From: Deltaproteobacteria bacterium
GTDB taxonomy: Bacteria; Myxococcota_A; Polyangia; Fen-1088
Assembly (NCBI GenBank): GCA_033763315.1
Contig: JANRKS010000007.1
Coordinates: 1 to 64,000, forward strand
Length of the DNA stretch: 64,000 nt
Reading direction: 5' to 3'
Position 1 is the stretch's first letter; each line of letters opens with the position of its first letter. Below are positions 28,720-39,057 of the stretch, one piece after another. Position numbers and translations under genes: made by a program. Below the pieces are notes generated by a model. It was not told the DNA's origin. It saw only the letters and a program-made list of their open reading frames with translations, and did not search any database.

Positions 28720-30617
28720 GGCGCCACCCCCACAACGTTGGCCGCATTCGGCTCGGCCCGCCGTTTCATGAACGGTTCACTCAGCACCACAGCTTGTACC
28801 AGGGCGCCGAAACGATCATGGTCGGCCTCGGTGGCCTTGGCGATGTTCTGCACAAACACACGATCCGCAAGCGTTACCCGGCGGCGCAAGGCATACGTCA
28901 GCAAGCGCTCCGACAGGTTACGCCGAAATTCAGGCAGGTGCTTCAGCAGCACCGTTCGCAGTTCTGCGGGGCCATTGAATTTCGCACCGTCTGGCAATTC
29001 GCCGCGCGCGTCGATGGGCTTGCCGCGATCATCAGCCCGGTGACTCCCGATCGCGTCGAACACCTCCAAACCAAAACCCAAGGGATCCATGCGGCGGTGG
29101 CACGAAGCACACGCCGGATCCGCGCGGTGACGTTCAATCTGTTCGCGCAACGAAAGCGGGTTGTCGCGCCGGCGCTCAAGCTGGGGCGTGTTCGGTGGTG
29201 GCGGAGGCGGCGGTGATCCCAGGATCTGTTCCAAGATCCACAGGCCGCGCTTAACGGGTGATGTGCGGTTCGGATTCGAGGTGACGGTCAGCATGCTTGC
29301 TTGGGTCACAAGGCCCCCTCGCCGCTCGGGTGACGTGATGGCGACCTTCCTCCACCCATCGCCTTGCACACCAGGCACACCGTAGTGCTTCGCGAGCCGC
29401 TCGTTCAGGTAAGTGAAATCGGCGTCAATGAAGGTGCGGATGGGCAGGTTTTCGCGCACCACCGCGTCCACAAACAGGCGTGTCTCTGTCAGCATGTCTG
29501 ACGCCAAGGCGGGCTCAAAATTGGGAAACTGGCGTTTGAACCGGGGCGCGCGCAGCACCGGCCGCGTTTGCAACCACAGCATGCCGAAATCCTGCGACAG
29601 CGATTGCGCACGCGGGTCGGCCAACATGCGCGTGACTTCAAGGCGAAGCACTTTGGGGTCGTGCAAACGATGCTCACGGGCCAGCGCAAACAAGCGTTCG
29701 TCGGGCATGCTGCGCCACAGAAAATACGAGAGCCGCGAGGCCAACGCGTGATCGTCAAGCGCTTGCACGGCTCCTTCCGCCGTGGCCTGGCGTTCGATGC
29801 GCAAAAGAAAATGCGGCGACACCAGCATGGCGGTCAAAGCGTCCCGCAAAGCGCCGCGCACGTCTTTGCCGGCCTGCAACGCGGCCTTGCCAAAAGCCAC
29901 CAGCCGGTCCACTTCATCTTGCGTGACGGGCCGGCGGTAGGCGCGCGGCACGAGCTCGTGCAACACATCTTCCACCACGCGTGCGTTGTCGCCCGCGGCT
30001 GGCAGCGGGATGGAGCAAGGGCCCTGCGGCGGCACCGCCGCCTGCGCCACAACTTCCGCAGCCGCGAGGTACCGCTCAACCAGAAGCGGCGGCATCGTTA
30101 AAACATCACCTTGGTTGTCAAAGCCCTCGCCCGTGGGATCGTCGGGGAAACGTTCCGTGGCGGCACGGGGCAGCTTCAGAGCGAACAGATCACGAATGGT
30201 GTTTTCATAATCCACTTTGGAAAGGCGGTGTGCCAACACGCGCCCCGGATCGGCAGCGGTGAACGCGCGCGACAACGAGGCTTCCACCCAGGCCAAGATC
30301 TTTTCGCGTTCGTCAGCCGTGGGTTGAGGTTCTGACGGGGGCGGCATTTCCCCAGCCTTGAGGCGGGTGGCCACGTCTTGCCACATCTGCAAAGCGGCCG
30401 CGTTCGGCAGGGGATCACCATCAATGTGAGAAACGAGATCGAGGTCACCTTTGGTTTCATGACCGCCATGACAGCCGCCACACAAACGCATGAGACTGCC
30501 CGCGACGTCTTGGCGAAAATCCAGCACGGCAGGGGCCGCGTGGGCCGACAATGAGGGAACTCCCACGGCCACAGCACCAACAAGTGCGCTTAGCAAAATG
30601 GTTTTGGTGGGGTCCAT
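28716..30617 (-). CDS. DUF1592-family protein with an N-terminal planctomycete cytochrome c domain (start uncertain)
   Basis: CGGCH..MPP, SPHFLLR, LASRLSYFLW, TSPVKRG and CASCH. Confidence 0.85.
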   Translation of the reverse strand: MDPTKTILLSALVGAVAVGVPSLSAHAAPAVLDFRQDVAGSLMRLCGGCHGGHETKGDLDLVSHIDGDPLPNAAALQMWQDVATRLKAGEMPPPSEPQPTADEREKILAWVEASLSRAFTAADPGRVLAHRLSKVDYENTIRDLFALKLPRAATERFPDDPTGEGFDNQGDVLTMPPLLVERYLAAAEVVAQAAVPPQGPCSIPLPAAGDNARVVEDVLHELVPRAYRRPVTQDEVDRLVAFGKAALQAGKDVRGALRDALTAMLVSPHFLLRIERQATAEGAVQALDDHALASRLSYFLWRSMPDERLFALAREHRLHDPKVLRLEVTRMLADPRAQSLSQDFGMLWLQTRPVLRAPRFKRQFPNFEPALASDMLTETRLFVDAVVRENLPIRTFIDADFTYLNERLAKHYGVPGVQGDGWRKVAITSPERRGGLVTQASMLTVTSNPNRTSPVKRGLWILEQILGSPPPPPPPNTPQLERRRDNPLSLREQIERHRADPACASCHRRMDPLGFGLEVFDAIGSHRADDRGKPIDARGELPDGAKFNGPAELRTVLLKHLPEFRRNLSERLLTYALRRRVTLADRVFVQNIAKATEADHDRFGALVQAVVLSEPFMKRRAEPNAANVVGVAP

Positions 30618-30790
30618 TGCACTGATAGCCATGGCGAACGCAATTGTGGCGTTGATTGCCCGCGTCTGTATGAACAATCGGCGGCGGCACCCAGCGGATT
30701 TACATCTCCTTGACTCTAAAGGTGCGTTGTCACACACCAAGCCGAGCGCCCCTCGTTTACGAGGCATAACCACGGCTATGCTCCGACGCA

Positions 30791-31900
30791 ATGCTGGCTC
30801 TCACGCTCCTCGTTTCAACCTTTGCGGCTTCCGCTTCGCCCGTGGTGGTTTGTGGACTGGCACGCACACACGTGGGGCAGGTGCCTGCAAGCGCGCGCCT
30901 GGTGGCCTGGGGCCGTTTTTTGACCGGCGAAAGCCGCACGCTCGCGTGGCTTGACGCCAAAGCCAAGGTGTTCGTTTTTGATGGCGGCAGCCGACGCGCC
31001 TCTGCTGTCTCACAGGTGGACGCCCCCACCGCCGCGTGGGCATGGGACGACATCGACCGCGATACGCGCGATGACCTGGTGGTGGGAGGTCCTGCGTGGT
31101 TGGAAAGCCCGGGCCCGGGCGGAGCGCAAACGTGGGAAGCGCACACCCAAGCCAAGGCCGCCTTGCGAGCGATAAAGGTCGTGGACCTCGACGCGGATGG
31201 GAAGTTGGATCTTGTGGTTGGCACGACGGAAGGCGCGATCGTTGTGTGGAGACAAGTGCGCAAACAACAGTGGGACGCGCACGAAGTCGTTCACCAAGGC
31301 GGGGGCGGATGGACCACCGCGGATATGAACGCCGATGGTCGCAGCGATCTTGTTTTTGCTGACGGCTGGTATGAAACACCAGTGGACGTGATCACAGGCG
31401 AATGGAAACACCACGCCTTGCTGCTGCCGCGCACCCACAAAGACGCCACCGTCTTCGCGTTCGACGTGAACGCGGATAAACGCATTGATGTTGTGGTGGC
31501 GTCCCCGCAAGCCGAAGGCCCAGCCAGGGTCACGTGGTACCAAGCGCCCGAGAATCCAAACGCGCCATGGCAGCCACACGTGGTCTTTGTTTCGACGAAC
31601 AACACCCCGCTGCAGGTGTTGCCGCATGTGAGCGCCCGGGGCACGAGCCTCATCATTGGCGATCAACAGGGACACCTGACGCAAGCCGAGCTGAGCAACG
31701 TTGGGGGATTACGCAGCGAGTGCGTCTTGTCGCGTTCGTTTCGCGGCGATCTTCACAAGGTGGCAAGCACCGCGGATGAGACCAACTCTTTCATCGCCAC
31801 CGAAACAAACGCGCAAGGCCGAGTGCTGGTGGTGCGTTGGCAAACGCCCGCCGCTAAGCCAGATCAAACACCAACACCTCAGCCGAAGACAAGGCCTTGA
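30791..31900 (+). CDS. Secreted FG-GAP/VCBS repeat protein
   Basis: Four DxDxDG-type repeats: DIDRDTRDDL, DLDADGKLDL, DMNADGRSDL and DVNADKRIDV. Confidence 0.75.
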   Translation: MLALTLLVSTFAASASPVVVCGLARTHVGQVPASARLVAWGRFLTGESRTLAWLDAKAKVFVFDGGSRRASAVSQVDAPTAAWAWDDIDRDTRDDLVVGGPAWLESPGPGGAQTWEAHTQAKAALRAIKVVDLDADGKLDLVVGTTEGAIVVWRQVRKQQWDAHEVVHQGGGGWTTADMNADGRSDLVFADGWYETPVDVITGEWKHHALLLPRTHKDATVFAFDVNADKRIDVVVASPQAEGPARVTWYQAPENPNAPWQPHVVFVSTNNTPLQVLPHVSARGTSLIIGDQQGHLTQAELSNVGGLRSECVLSRSFRGDLHKVASTADETNSFIATETNAQGRVLVVRWQTPAAKPDQTPTPQPKTRP

Positions 31901-32549
31901 TGGTCAACGTGGCCTCATCCGTGATGGCCACACCGTCGCCTTGCTGCAGCGTTTGGCCATTGAGCTCTACGCTGCCATTGGCAACCTGCAGCCAGCCGTA
32001 TTTGTAGGTGCCTGGTTGATGCGTCACCTGCACGCCCGGCTCCAGCACGGTGGCCCAAAGCCGCATGTCCTGCGCCACCTTCAGTGATCCCGCATCGCCA
32101 CCGCGAGACGCCACCAAACACAGCTGGTTCTTGCGCGCGTCGCCGAAAGCTTTCTGGTCGTAATTGGGAGGCAAATTCTTGGCCTCTGGGACGATCCAAA
32201 TTTGCAAGAAGCGCGCGCCCTCGGTTTTCGAGTTATTGAACTCACTGTGGGTCACGCCCGTGCCCGCGCTCATCTTCTGCACGTCGCCCGGCCGGATCAC
32301 CGATCCCGTGCCCATGCTGTCTCGGTGGGCCAACGCCCCCTCCAACACGTAGGAAATGATCTCCATATCCCGGTGACCGTGGGTGGGAAACCCTGCAGCT
32401 GGGGTGATGCGATCTTCATTGATCACTCGTAACGCGCGAAACCCCATGTGTTCCGGATCGTAGTAATCCGAAAACGAAAACGTGTGTTTCGTGTCGAGCC
32501 ACCCGTGGTTGCCGCCGCCCCGCTCTTCTGCTTTGCGAATCTTTAACAT
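31854..32549 (-). CDS. Pirin family protein (YhhW-like)
   Basis: HGWLDTKHTFSF, LRVINED, HGHRDMEI, SAGTGVTHSE and LQIW. Confidence 0.92.
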   Translation of the reverse strand: MLKIRKAEERGGGNHGWLDTKHTFSFSDYYDPEHMGFRALRVINEDRITPAAGFPTHGHRDMEIISYVLEGALAHRDSMGTGSVIRPGDVQKMSAGTGVTHSEFNNSKTEGARFLQIWIVPEAKNLPPNYDQKAFGDARKNQLCLVASRGGDAGSLKVAQDMRLWATVLEPGVQVTHQPGTYKYGWLQVANGSVELNGQTLQQGDGVAITDEATLTIKALSSAEVLVFDLA

Positions 32550-32580
32550 GATGACAACAGTTTGAATCCCGGATGTGAAA

Positions 32581-32626
32581 GAAACAATAGTTTCAATTGG
32601 CGACTGACTGTTTCTATAATGGAAAC
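32581..32626. promoter_or_regulatory. LysR binding region and divergent promoter
   Basis: Inverted repeats GAAAC-AATA-GTTTC (32581-32594) and GTTTC-N7-GAAAC (32610-32626), the latter enclosing TATAAT. Confidence 0.6.
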
Positions 32627-32630
32627 AATT

Positions 32631-33575
32631 ATGCCTCGCGCTTCGCGTCCCCGCCTGCCCCTGCCCGCTTTGCACGCTTTCGTCACGTTGGCCGACCTTA
32701 TTGCGGGCGGCGGCGGTGGCTTCTCTGCCACCGCAAACCAGTTGGGGCTGACAAAGGCCACCATCAGCAAACGCATTGCGGAGCTTGAGGCCACCTTGGG
32801 GGCGCGGTTGCTTCATCGCACCACGCGCTCGGTCCGCTTGTCGGAGGCGGGCGAAGCGTTTTACCAGCGTTGCGCCAAAATCCTCGAAGCCGTGGAGGAG
32901 GCTCAGGCAGAAGTGGGTGCCTTGTCGGGCCAGGTGATCGGCCGGCTGCGCTTTTCCACGCCGGTATCGCTTGGGCAGGCGTATTTGCTGGCGCCTGTCA
33001 CTGCTTTTGCGGCGGCAAACCCCAAGCTAGAGCTCGATTGGGATCTCGACGATCGGATGGTGGACGTGGTGACGGATGGTTATGACGTGGCCATCCGGGT
33101 GGGCCAACTCCCGGATTCGAGTTTGGTGGCCCGCAAGCTGTTCGACAGCCGGTTTGTTGTGGTGGCGTCACCCGCCTATCTCAAAGCCCACGGCACGCCA
33201 CGCGTGCCAGCTGACCTTGAACGCCACGAATGCCTTCGCTATCGCTACCAACAGGCGCCAGACGTTTGGGCCTTTTCAGGTCCAAAACCCGTTTCTGTGC
33301 GCGTGAAAGGCCGTTTCCGCGCGAATCACGGCGATGTTCTCAAGGAAGCGGCCGTTGCTGGACTGGGCATTGCGATGCTGCCCGACTTTGTGGTGTTCAC
33401 AGCCGTAAAAGCTGGCCTCCTGCAGGTGGTGCTGGATCGAAACTGCCGCAGCACCATTCCCGTTTCGGCTGTTTTCCCTTCAAGTGGTGCGCGCGCGGCG
33501 AAGGTGGACACCTTTGTTCACATGTTGGCCAAGGACTGCAAGCCTGTTTCCCTTCCGATCGCAAGATTGAGGTAA
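32631..33575 (+). CDS. LysR-family transcriptional regulator (CrgA/DmlR type)
   Basis: HTH FSATANQLG..ISKRIAELE..RTTR; GYDVAIRVG; divergent from pirin; alternative start at 32619. Confidence 0.92.
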   Translation: MPRASRPRLPLPALHAFVTLADLIAGGGGGFSATANQLGLTKATISKRIAELEATLGARLLHRTTRSVRLSEAGEAFYQRCAKILEAVEEAQAEVGALSGQVIGRLRFSTPVSLGQAYLLAPVTAFAAANPKLELDWDLDDRMVDVVTDGYDVAIRVGQLPDSSLVARKLFDSRFVVVASPAYLKAHGTPRVPADLERHECLRYRYQQAPDVWAFSGPKPVSVRVKGRFRANHGDVLKEAAVAGLGIAMLPDFVVFTAVKAGLLQVVLDRNCRSTIPVSAVFPSSGARAAKVDTFVHMLAKDCKPVSLPIARLR

Positions 33576-33584
33576 AATGTTTGA

Positions 33585-34952
33585 ATGACTTATTCTCGCT
33601 TTGGCTTAATCGCCTTCATCGTTGCGGCGTTGGCGGCCCAAGCTCCGACCGCGTTTGCGATCGACGAAACGATCACTGACATCAAGATTCGCGAAAACAA
33701 CCGCACAAGCGAAGACACCATTCGCGCCATGGCGGGCGCCGACATTGGCGACGACCTAGAGAGCGACACGCTCGAGTCGATACGCGAGCGGCTTAACAAC
33801 AGCGGCATGTTCGCCGACGTTGACGTGTTCTGGGAGCCCTACAAGGGCGGCGCGCGCGTGGTGATCACGGTGCGCGAGAAGTTCCCCTGGGCGCCGGTGC
33901 CCACGTTCTCGCTTTCGCCAGGCAACATTTCATTTGGTGCCGTCCTCGTTCACGGCAACCTGTGGGGCCGCGGCAAACAAGGTGTTATCGGTGGCCGCAT
34001 CTCGAACGTCAACTCGGGTGCGGTGCTGGGCTACCGCGATCCGGCGTTGCTTGGGACGTGGATGTACTGGGAGTTTCAAGGCGTCTTCAAGGACCAAACG
34101 ATTCCGGAATTCGCAACGGGTGGCATCTACTCGAATTACGCTCTTCGTGAAAACGACCTGCGCTCGTTCGGTGTCGTCACACGGTTCGGTGTGTTTTGGT
34201 GGCGTCGCGTCCGCACCGAAGTGGGTTGGGATTTCACGGATTGGAAGTACCGTGACCACCGCTACTATGACGGCGATACGAAAGCAGGCGCGCCCCCTGC
34301 CCTGGGCGTGGATCCAGGTCCAGGGGCCGAAAGCGCGACGGTGGGCGAAGGTGTGGCCGCCCTGCGCTTCGATTACCGTGCGCGTGAGCACGCCATCGTG
34401 ACCGGCAACTCCTTCGGCGTGGGTTTACGTTTGGGCTCGCCCCAGTGGGGCTCCGACAAAAAGATCGATTACTGGAAGCTGGGCGGTGAATACATGCACG
34501 GCTTGCGAATTCTGCGGCGAATCAACTGGATCAACACCGCCGGGTTCAACGTGGGCGAACGGTTGCCGCTGTGGTCCGAAAACTGGGCGGGCGGAGCCAA
34601 CCTGCGCGGTTACCAATACATGCGGTTCCGTGGCGACACCCACGCCTACTTCGAGAGTGAGTTTCACTTCCCCCTGTTCTCGATCTCGCAACTGGACGTT
34701 CGGGCGCTGGGATTTTACGACCTGCATTCAGTGTGGTGGCGCAACCAAGACTCGCTGCGAACCGATGGCCGCCGCTTCCTGGGCGAGGTCTACCAACCCA
34801 CGGGGTTCAAGCTGACACGCGACATTCACCACGGCGTGGGGGGCGGTTTGCGGTTTTACCTTCGCACGGTGGCGGTTCCTCTTGTGGGCGTCGATTATGG
34901 GTACGGTATTGAAGATGGGGTGTGGCGCTTGGTGCTGGTGGTGGGCGCGTAG
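33585..34952 (+). CDS. Omp85/TamA-like outer-membrane barrel with a single POTRA domain
   Basis: Signal peptide; ITDIKIRENNRT..FADV..VITVRE POTRA; NLWGRG, GGANLRGY and GVGGGLRF. Confidence 0.75.
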   Translation: MTYSRFGLIAFIVAALAAQAPTAFAIDETITDIKIRENNRTSEDTIRAMAGADIGDDLESDTLESIRERLNNSGMFADVDVFWEPYKGGARVVITVREKFPWAPVPTFSLSPGNISFGAVLVHGNLWGRGKQGVIGGRISNVNSGAVLGYRDPALLGTWMYWEFQGVFKDQTIPEFATGGIYSNYALRENDLRSFGVVTRFGVFWWRRVRTEVGWDFTDWKYRDHRYYDGDTKAGAPPALGVDPGPGAESATVGEGVAALRFDYRAREHAIVTGNSFGVGLRLGSPQWGSDKKIDYWKLGGEYMHGLRILRRINWINTAGFNVGERLPLWSENWAGGANLRGYQYMRFRGDTHAYFESEFHFPLFSISQLDVRALGFYDLHSVWWRNQDSLRTDGRRFLGEVYQPTGFKLTRDIHHGVGGGLRFYLRTVAVPLVGVDYGYGIEDGVWRLVLVVGA

Positions 34953-34957
34953 GCCGG

Positions 34958-35833
34958 ATGCGCAAGTATGTGCGGTGGTTGCCGCTCGCCTTTCTTGCCT
35001 TCGCCCTTGCGAAGCTCAAACCCTGGAAAACTGAGTTTGCGAATGTGAACGCCTGGCCGCTGCTGCTGGGCTTGCTCATAAACTTCTGTGTGTACTTGCC
35101 ACTGCGGACGCTGCGGTGGCGCACAACCTTGTCGTCTCCCCCGCGATTTATGCGGCTTTACTGGGCGCAGATCGAGGGCATCGCCGTGGGCGGAGCCGTG
35201 GGTTTTGGCGCGCAAGACGTGGTGCGGGCCGCGCGCGTGCGCAACGACATGAGCCGCTTCTCAGACGACTTCGGCGCCACGCTGGCCGAACGCTTGGCAG
35301 AGACGCAGGCGCTGGCGTTGATGTTGGCGGGCGCCACAGCTTTGAAGCTTGTGCCCTCGTGGGGTTGGCTGCCCTCGCTGGGTGCGGGCCTGGGATTGGT
35401 CGCCATTGCAAAGCTGGGCCCGCGGCTATCACTTGTGTTTGCGCGTTGGCCAAAGATTGCCCGTGCTTTGATTGCGGTGTCGGGCGCACTAACGGTGGCC
35501 AAGGTGGCAAAGGTGGTGGCTTTTTCGTTGCTGGGATGGGCCACCGAGGTGGTGATTCTTGTGCTGAACTTCTTGGCATTTTCGTTGCCGGCGTTGTTCA
35601 GCAACGCAGTGTTGGTGGTGATCGGCATCAACGTGGCGATCACTTTCCCTGGCCCGCCCGCCAGCGTGGGCACCTTCGAGGCTGGTGTGGCCGGGACGTT
35701 GGCTTGGCGGGGCATAGCGGCAGATAAGGCGCTAGCATTTGCCCTCGCTTATCACGTGATCATGGCTTTGCCGGTCTATGCTGTGGGAGCGGGCATCGTT
35801 GTGGCGCGCGCCTACCGGCGCAAGCCTGCGTGA
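34958..35833 (+). CDS. UPF0104/lysylphosphatidylglycerol synthase TM-like flippase
   Basis: Multiple TMs; LRTLRW, ERLAE and PASVGTFE. Confidence 0.75.
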   Translation: MRKYVRWLPLAFLAFALAKLKPWKTEFANVNAWPLLLGLLINFCVYLPLRTLRWRTTLSSPPRFMRLYWAQIEGIAVGGAVGFGAQDVVRAARVRNDMSRFSDDFGATLAERLAETQALALMLAGATALKLVPSWGWLPSLGAGLGLVAIAKLGPRLSLVFARWPKIARALIAVSGALTVAKVAKVVAFSLLGWATEVVILVLNFLAFSLPALFSNAVLVVIGINVAITFPGPPASVGTFEAGVAGTLAWRGIAADKALAFALAYHVIMALPVYAVGAGIVVARAYRRKPA

Positions 35834-37002
35834 GTTTCACACGTCTTGGGAAAGTTCACAGCCAAAGCTGTTGAGGGCCAACCGAGCACGCGTTCATAAA
35901 CGCCCAAAACCTTCCCGCACACCGCGGACCAATCGAAGGCCTGCACGATTTCTCTTCCCTGACGCACGCGTTCACTCGCGCCGTCTCGCTTGGCCTCAGC
36001 AATGGCGGGCACCAACGCACGCACAAGTGATTCCGTGGAGATGTCATCCGAAAGCGTCACCGTGGCCCAGTGCTTGTCTTTGCGGCACGCCTGCACGAAC
36101 GGGGTCGCCACCACAGGCTTGCCGGCGGCGAGCGCCTCAAGCAAGATGATCGAGAAGGTCCCAGCGCGGGCGGGCAAAACGCAAAGGTCGGCGGTGGCAT
36201 ACACGTCGGGGCGCTCCTCAAAAACCGAACCCAAGAACACGACGTTGTCGCGCGCCGCCTGCGGCACCATGGCTTTATGTCGTTCTGTGCCTGAAGGCTT
36301 CTCTTCGCCGGCAACCAACAGGCGCACATCGGGATGCACTTTGAGGATCTCGGGCAGCGCATTGAACATGAGATCAGGTCCATTGCGCGGCTCTAAGCGG
36401 CCCAACATGAGAATGTTGAACTTGCCATCGCGGTAGCGTTGCATCGGCTTGCCCGAGGACATGGCGCGCACGTCAACGCCGTTGGGTATCACCTCGCTAT
36501 CGAAGGTGACGAGCTTTCCCATCGCCAACCGCGCCGCTTCTGAAACGGCGATCACAGCTTGATGCCGTGCCATCGACCAACGATAAAAACCACGAAACAG
36601 GCGGCGGACGCGCGCCATGTCGTTCATCGGCGAGTGAAGGGTCGCAATGGTGGGCAAGTTCGACAGAAGATAAAGCAGCACAGGCAAGCCCACGTCGCTT
36701 GGGCCGTGCACGTGAACGAGATCAAACCGTTCACGTGCCAAGGTCTTGTGCAAATTCCAGGCGACTCGCGGCCCAAATGTACTGGCGCTGGCGGTTCCCA
36801 GAGCGCCATAGCGGGTTCCACTGCCAACGCGCAACACCCAATCCTCATCACGCGGACCGCGCCACTGCTTAACGCGAGGCAAGCCTGTAATGACCTTTGC
36901 ATCCACGCCCACGCGACGCAACCCTTGCGCCAAGTGATACACGTGCTCTTGGATCCCACCCAGGGTTGGGTAGTAGTTCTCACACAACAGCGCGACCTTC
37001 AT
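35812..37002 (-). CDS. GT4 glycosyltransferase (PimA-like)
   Basis: YYPTLGGIQEHV, IPNGVD, LGRLEPRNG and FSIILLEALAAG. Confidence 0.85.
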   Translation of the reverse strand: MKVALLCENYYPTLGGIQEHVYHLAQGLRRVGVDAKVITGLPRVKQWRGPRDEDWVLRVGSGTRYGALGTASASTFGPRVAWNLHKTLARERFDLVHVHGPSDVGLPVLLYLLSNLPTIATLHSPMNDMARVRRLFRGFYRWSMARHQAVIAVSEAARLAMGKLVTFDSEVIPNGVDVRAMSSGKPMQRYRDGKFNILMLGRLEPRNGPDLMFNALPEILKVHPDVRLLVAGEEKPSGTERHKAMVPQAARDNVVFLGSVFEERPDVYATADLCVLPARAGTFSIILLEALAAGKPVVATPFVQACRKDKHWATVTLSDDISTESLVRALVPAIAEAKRDGASERVRQGREIVQAFDWSAVCGKVLGVYERVLGWPSTALAVNFPKTCETHAGLRR

Positions 37003-37115
37003 GGGAAACTGCCCGCCTCGTTTATCGTAGAATGCAGCGAAGAACAATGCCCCTGAAGGGCGAAGCGGTTGGTCCGCCCCGGGTGCGTAGAAAATGACCC
37101 GCTCGTCCATCCGAC

Positions 37116-39041
37116 GTGGGCGCCCTTAATGCAAAAATGCAGCGCGCCCAGTACTCTCCCGGCGTGTTGCGTGCGCCTGCAGCGAAAACCTGGCTGATTC
37201 TACCCGCGATCTTTTTGATCGCGCGGTGCCTTTCCACCGTGGCGCTCTATGCCTTCGTGACGCCCAACGGCGGGCACGTGACTGAAATCCCCTGGCGCTT
37301 TGGCCATGTGGCGTGGCTGTCTGAAACGGGCACCTTCTTGGTCCTGGCCGCCCTCGTGGGATATGCCACGCAGCGCGCAGGCAGCCGAACAAAGCACGCG
37401 CGTTGGTACCTTTGCTTTGCCTTGCTGTTCGGCTACGCGGTGGTCGCCGAAATCGACGTGCATCTGCGGCGCTGGTTGGGATTGCGGCTGAACCTGGTGT
37501 TTTTGCGCCACTTGCTTCATTCCGCGAGCCAAGGCGGCTTCTGGGAGACGCTGTCGCACTTCCTGGCGCAGGATTGGCAAGCCATCGCGCTGTCGGTGGT
37601 GCTTTTGGCGGCGCCGGCTTTTGCGGTGTGGCGCGTGGGCGCGAAAACCGCTGACCCACAATCACGCTGGACCTACCCTGCGATGGTTGTCGTGGGTGGC
37701 GTGGCCTTGGCGGCCAGCGCTCAACTGGGGATCGCGGTGCGCAAATGGCGCATGATTAGCCCTTGGCCTTACGGCATGAGCATGGACTTGGCGCGTGCCT
37801 TCGCCGAAGGGGACAAGCCGCCCACGTCGCAGCAGATCGCTCAACTTCAATCCTTGGTCGGTGACCCGCGGGCGCGAAACCCTGCATACCCCCTGTGGCA
37901 CTCTGGCGCGTCCAAGGCCGACGCACACAAAAACTTCGATGTCTTTCTTATCGCCGTGGAATCGATGCGCGGTTGGGCAAGTGACTTGCGCGCAGCGGAC
38001 GCGCGCCGCCGCCTGCCGAACCTGCACCGCTTGTTTGCCGAGGAGGGTGTGTTCTTCCCGCACGCTCACAGCAACGGCTATCCCTCAGGCGAGGGCAACG
38101 TGCACCTTCACCTCGGCGTGTGGAGCCATCCCGCGCGTGCCCTTGCGGCCGAACACGTTGGCATCGCTTCCCGCTCACTGCCCGAAATCTTGCGCGACAA
38201 AGGCTACGTCACACGCTGGTTTGCCGGCAACGATCCCAGCTTCGACAACCTGCAGCACTTCATGGGCCGCTGGTTTCACAAATGGGAAGTGATTGAAGGC
38301 GGCGATGTGGCGCTGGCCCAGCACGCCGTGAAGGTGTACGACGAACTTGGCGACAAGCAGCCACGCTTCATCTCCGTCTACACGGCGTCAACCCACCCTT
38401 TTTACGAGTTGCCCGCAAGCGAAGGCCCCAAGCCGCCCGATCCTGAACAGGCCTATTTAAAAGCATTAACGTTCGCCGATCGTTCGTTAGGGGTGATCTT
38501 CGATCATGTGCGTGCCCGAGGGCGTTTGGACAAGACGCTGTTTGTGATCACTGGTGACCACGCGCAACCAAATCATTGGCAGCTTGAACATGATGCCGAG
38601 GTGGGCCTGCCCAACGCCGGTCGCACCTGGACCAGCCTTGTGATTGCCGGCCCCGGCATTGCCGCCGGCCAGGTGCGCGAAGACGCTTCGTCACACGTTG
38701 ACGTGCCGCCAACGGTGCTGGGATACCTGGGCATCGGCGCCGACAACCATTTCTTCGGCCGCGACTTGCTGGCCGACACAAAGCCCCGCCCGATCGTTGC
38801 CACCTTTGGTGGAGGCGCCTCAGTCATTCTGGGTGACACAATGCTGATCGGCGATCTCTCGGGGCCCGAGCGCTCGAAATACCGTTACGACCAACAAAAC
38901 AACGAAAACCCAGCCGCGTACCAACACGGTGAAAAGATCCCATTGGCCCCCGGTGATGCGCAGCGATTCGAAAGCGTGGTTGGCGCGTTAAAGGCGTTTG
39001 CATGGCTGGCGGATCACGATCGGTTGCGGCCAGCGGAGTAG
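37116..39041 (+). CDS. LTA-synthase/sulfatase-superfamily membrane protein (start uncertain)
   Basis: About 5 N-terminal TMs; IAVESMR, THPF, ITGDH and SHVDVPPT. Confidence 0.75.
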   Translation: MGALNAKMQRAQYSPGVLRAPAAKTWLILPAIFLIARCLSTVALYAFVTPNGGHVTEIPWRFGHVAWLSETGTFLVLAALVGYATQRAGSRTKHARWYLCFALLFGYAVVAEIDVHLRRWLGLRLNLVFLRHLLHSASQGGFWETLSHFLAQDWQAIALSVVLLAAPAFAVWRVGAKTADPQSRWTYPAMVVVGGVALAASAQLGIAVRKWRMISPWPYGMSMDLARAFAEGDKPPTSQQIAQLQSLVGDPRARNPAYPLWHSGASKADAHKNFDVFLIAVESMRGWASDLRAADARRRLPNLHRLFAEEGVFFPHAHSNGYPSGEGNVHLHLGVWSHPARALAAEHVGIASRSLPEILRDKGYVTRWFAGNDPSFDNLQHFMGRWFHKWEVIEGGDVALAQHAVKVYDELGDKQPRFISVYTASTHPFYELPASEGPKPPDPEQAYLKALTFADRSLGVIFDHVRARGRLDKTLFVITGDHAQPNHWQLEHDAEVGLPNAGRTWTSLVIAGPGIAAGQVREDASSHVDVPPTVLGYLGIGADNHFFGRDLLADTKPRPIVATFGGGASVILGDTMLIGDLSGPERSKYRYDQQNNENPAAYQHGEKIPLAPGDAQRFESVVGALKAFAWLADHDRLRPAE

Positions 39042-39057
39042 AGGGTGGGCTCCTCCG

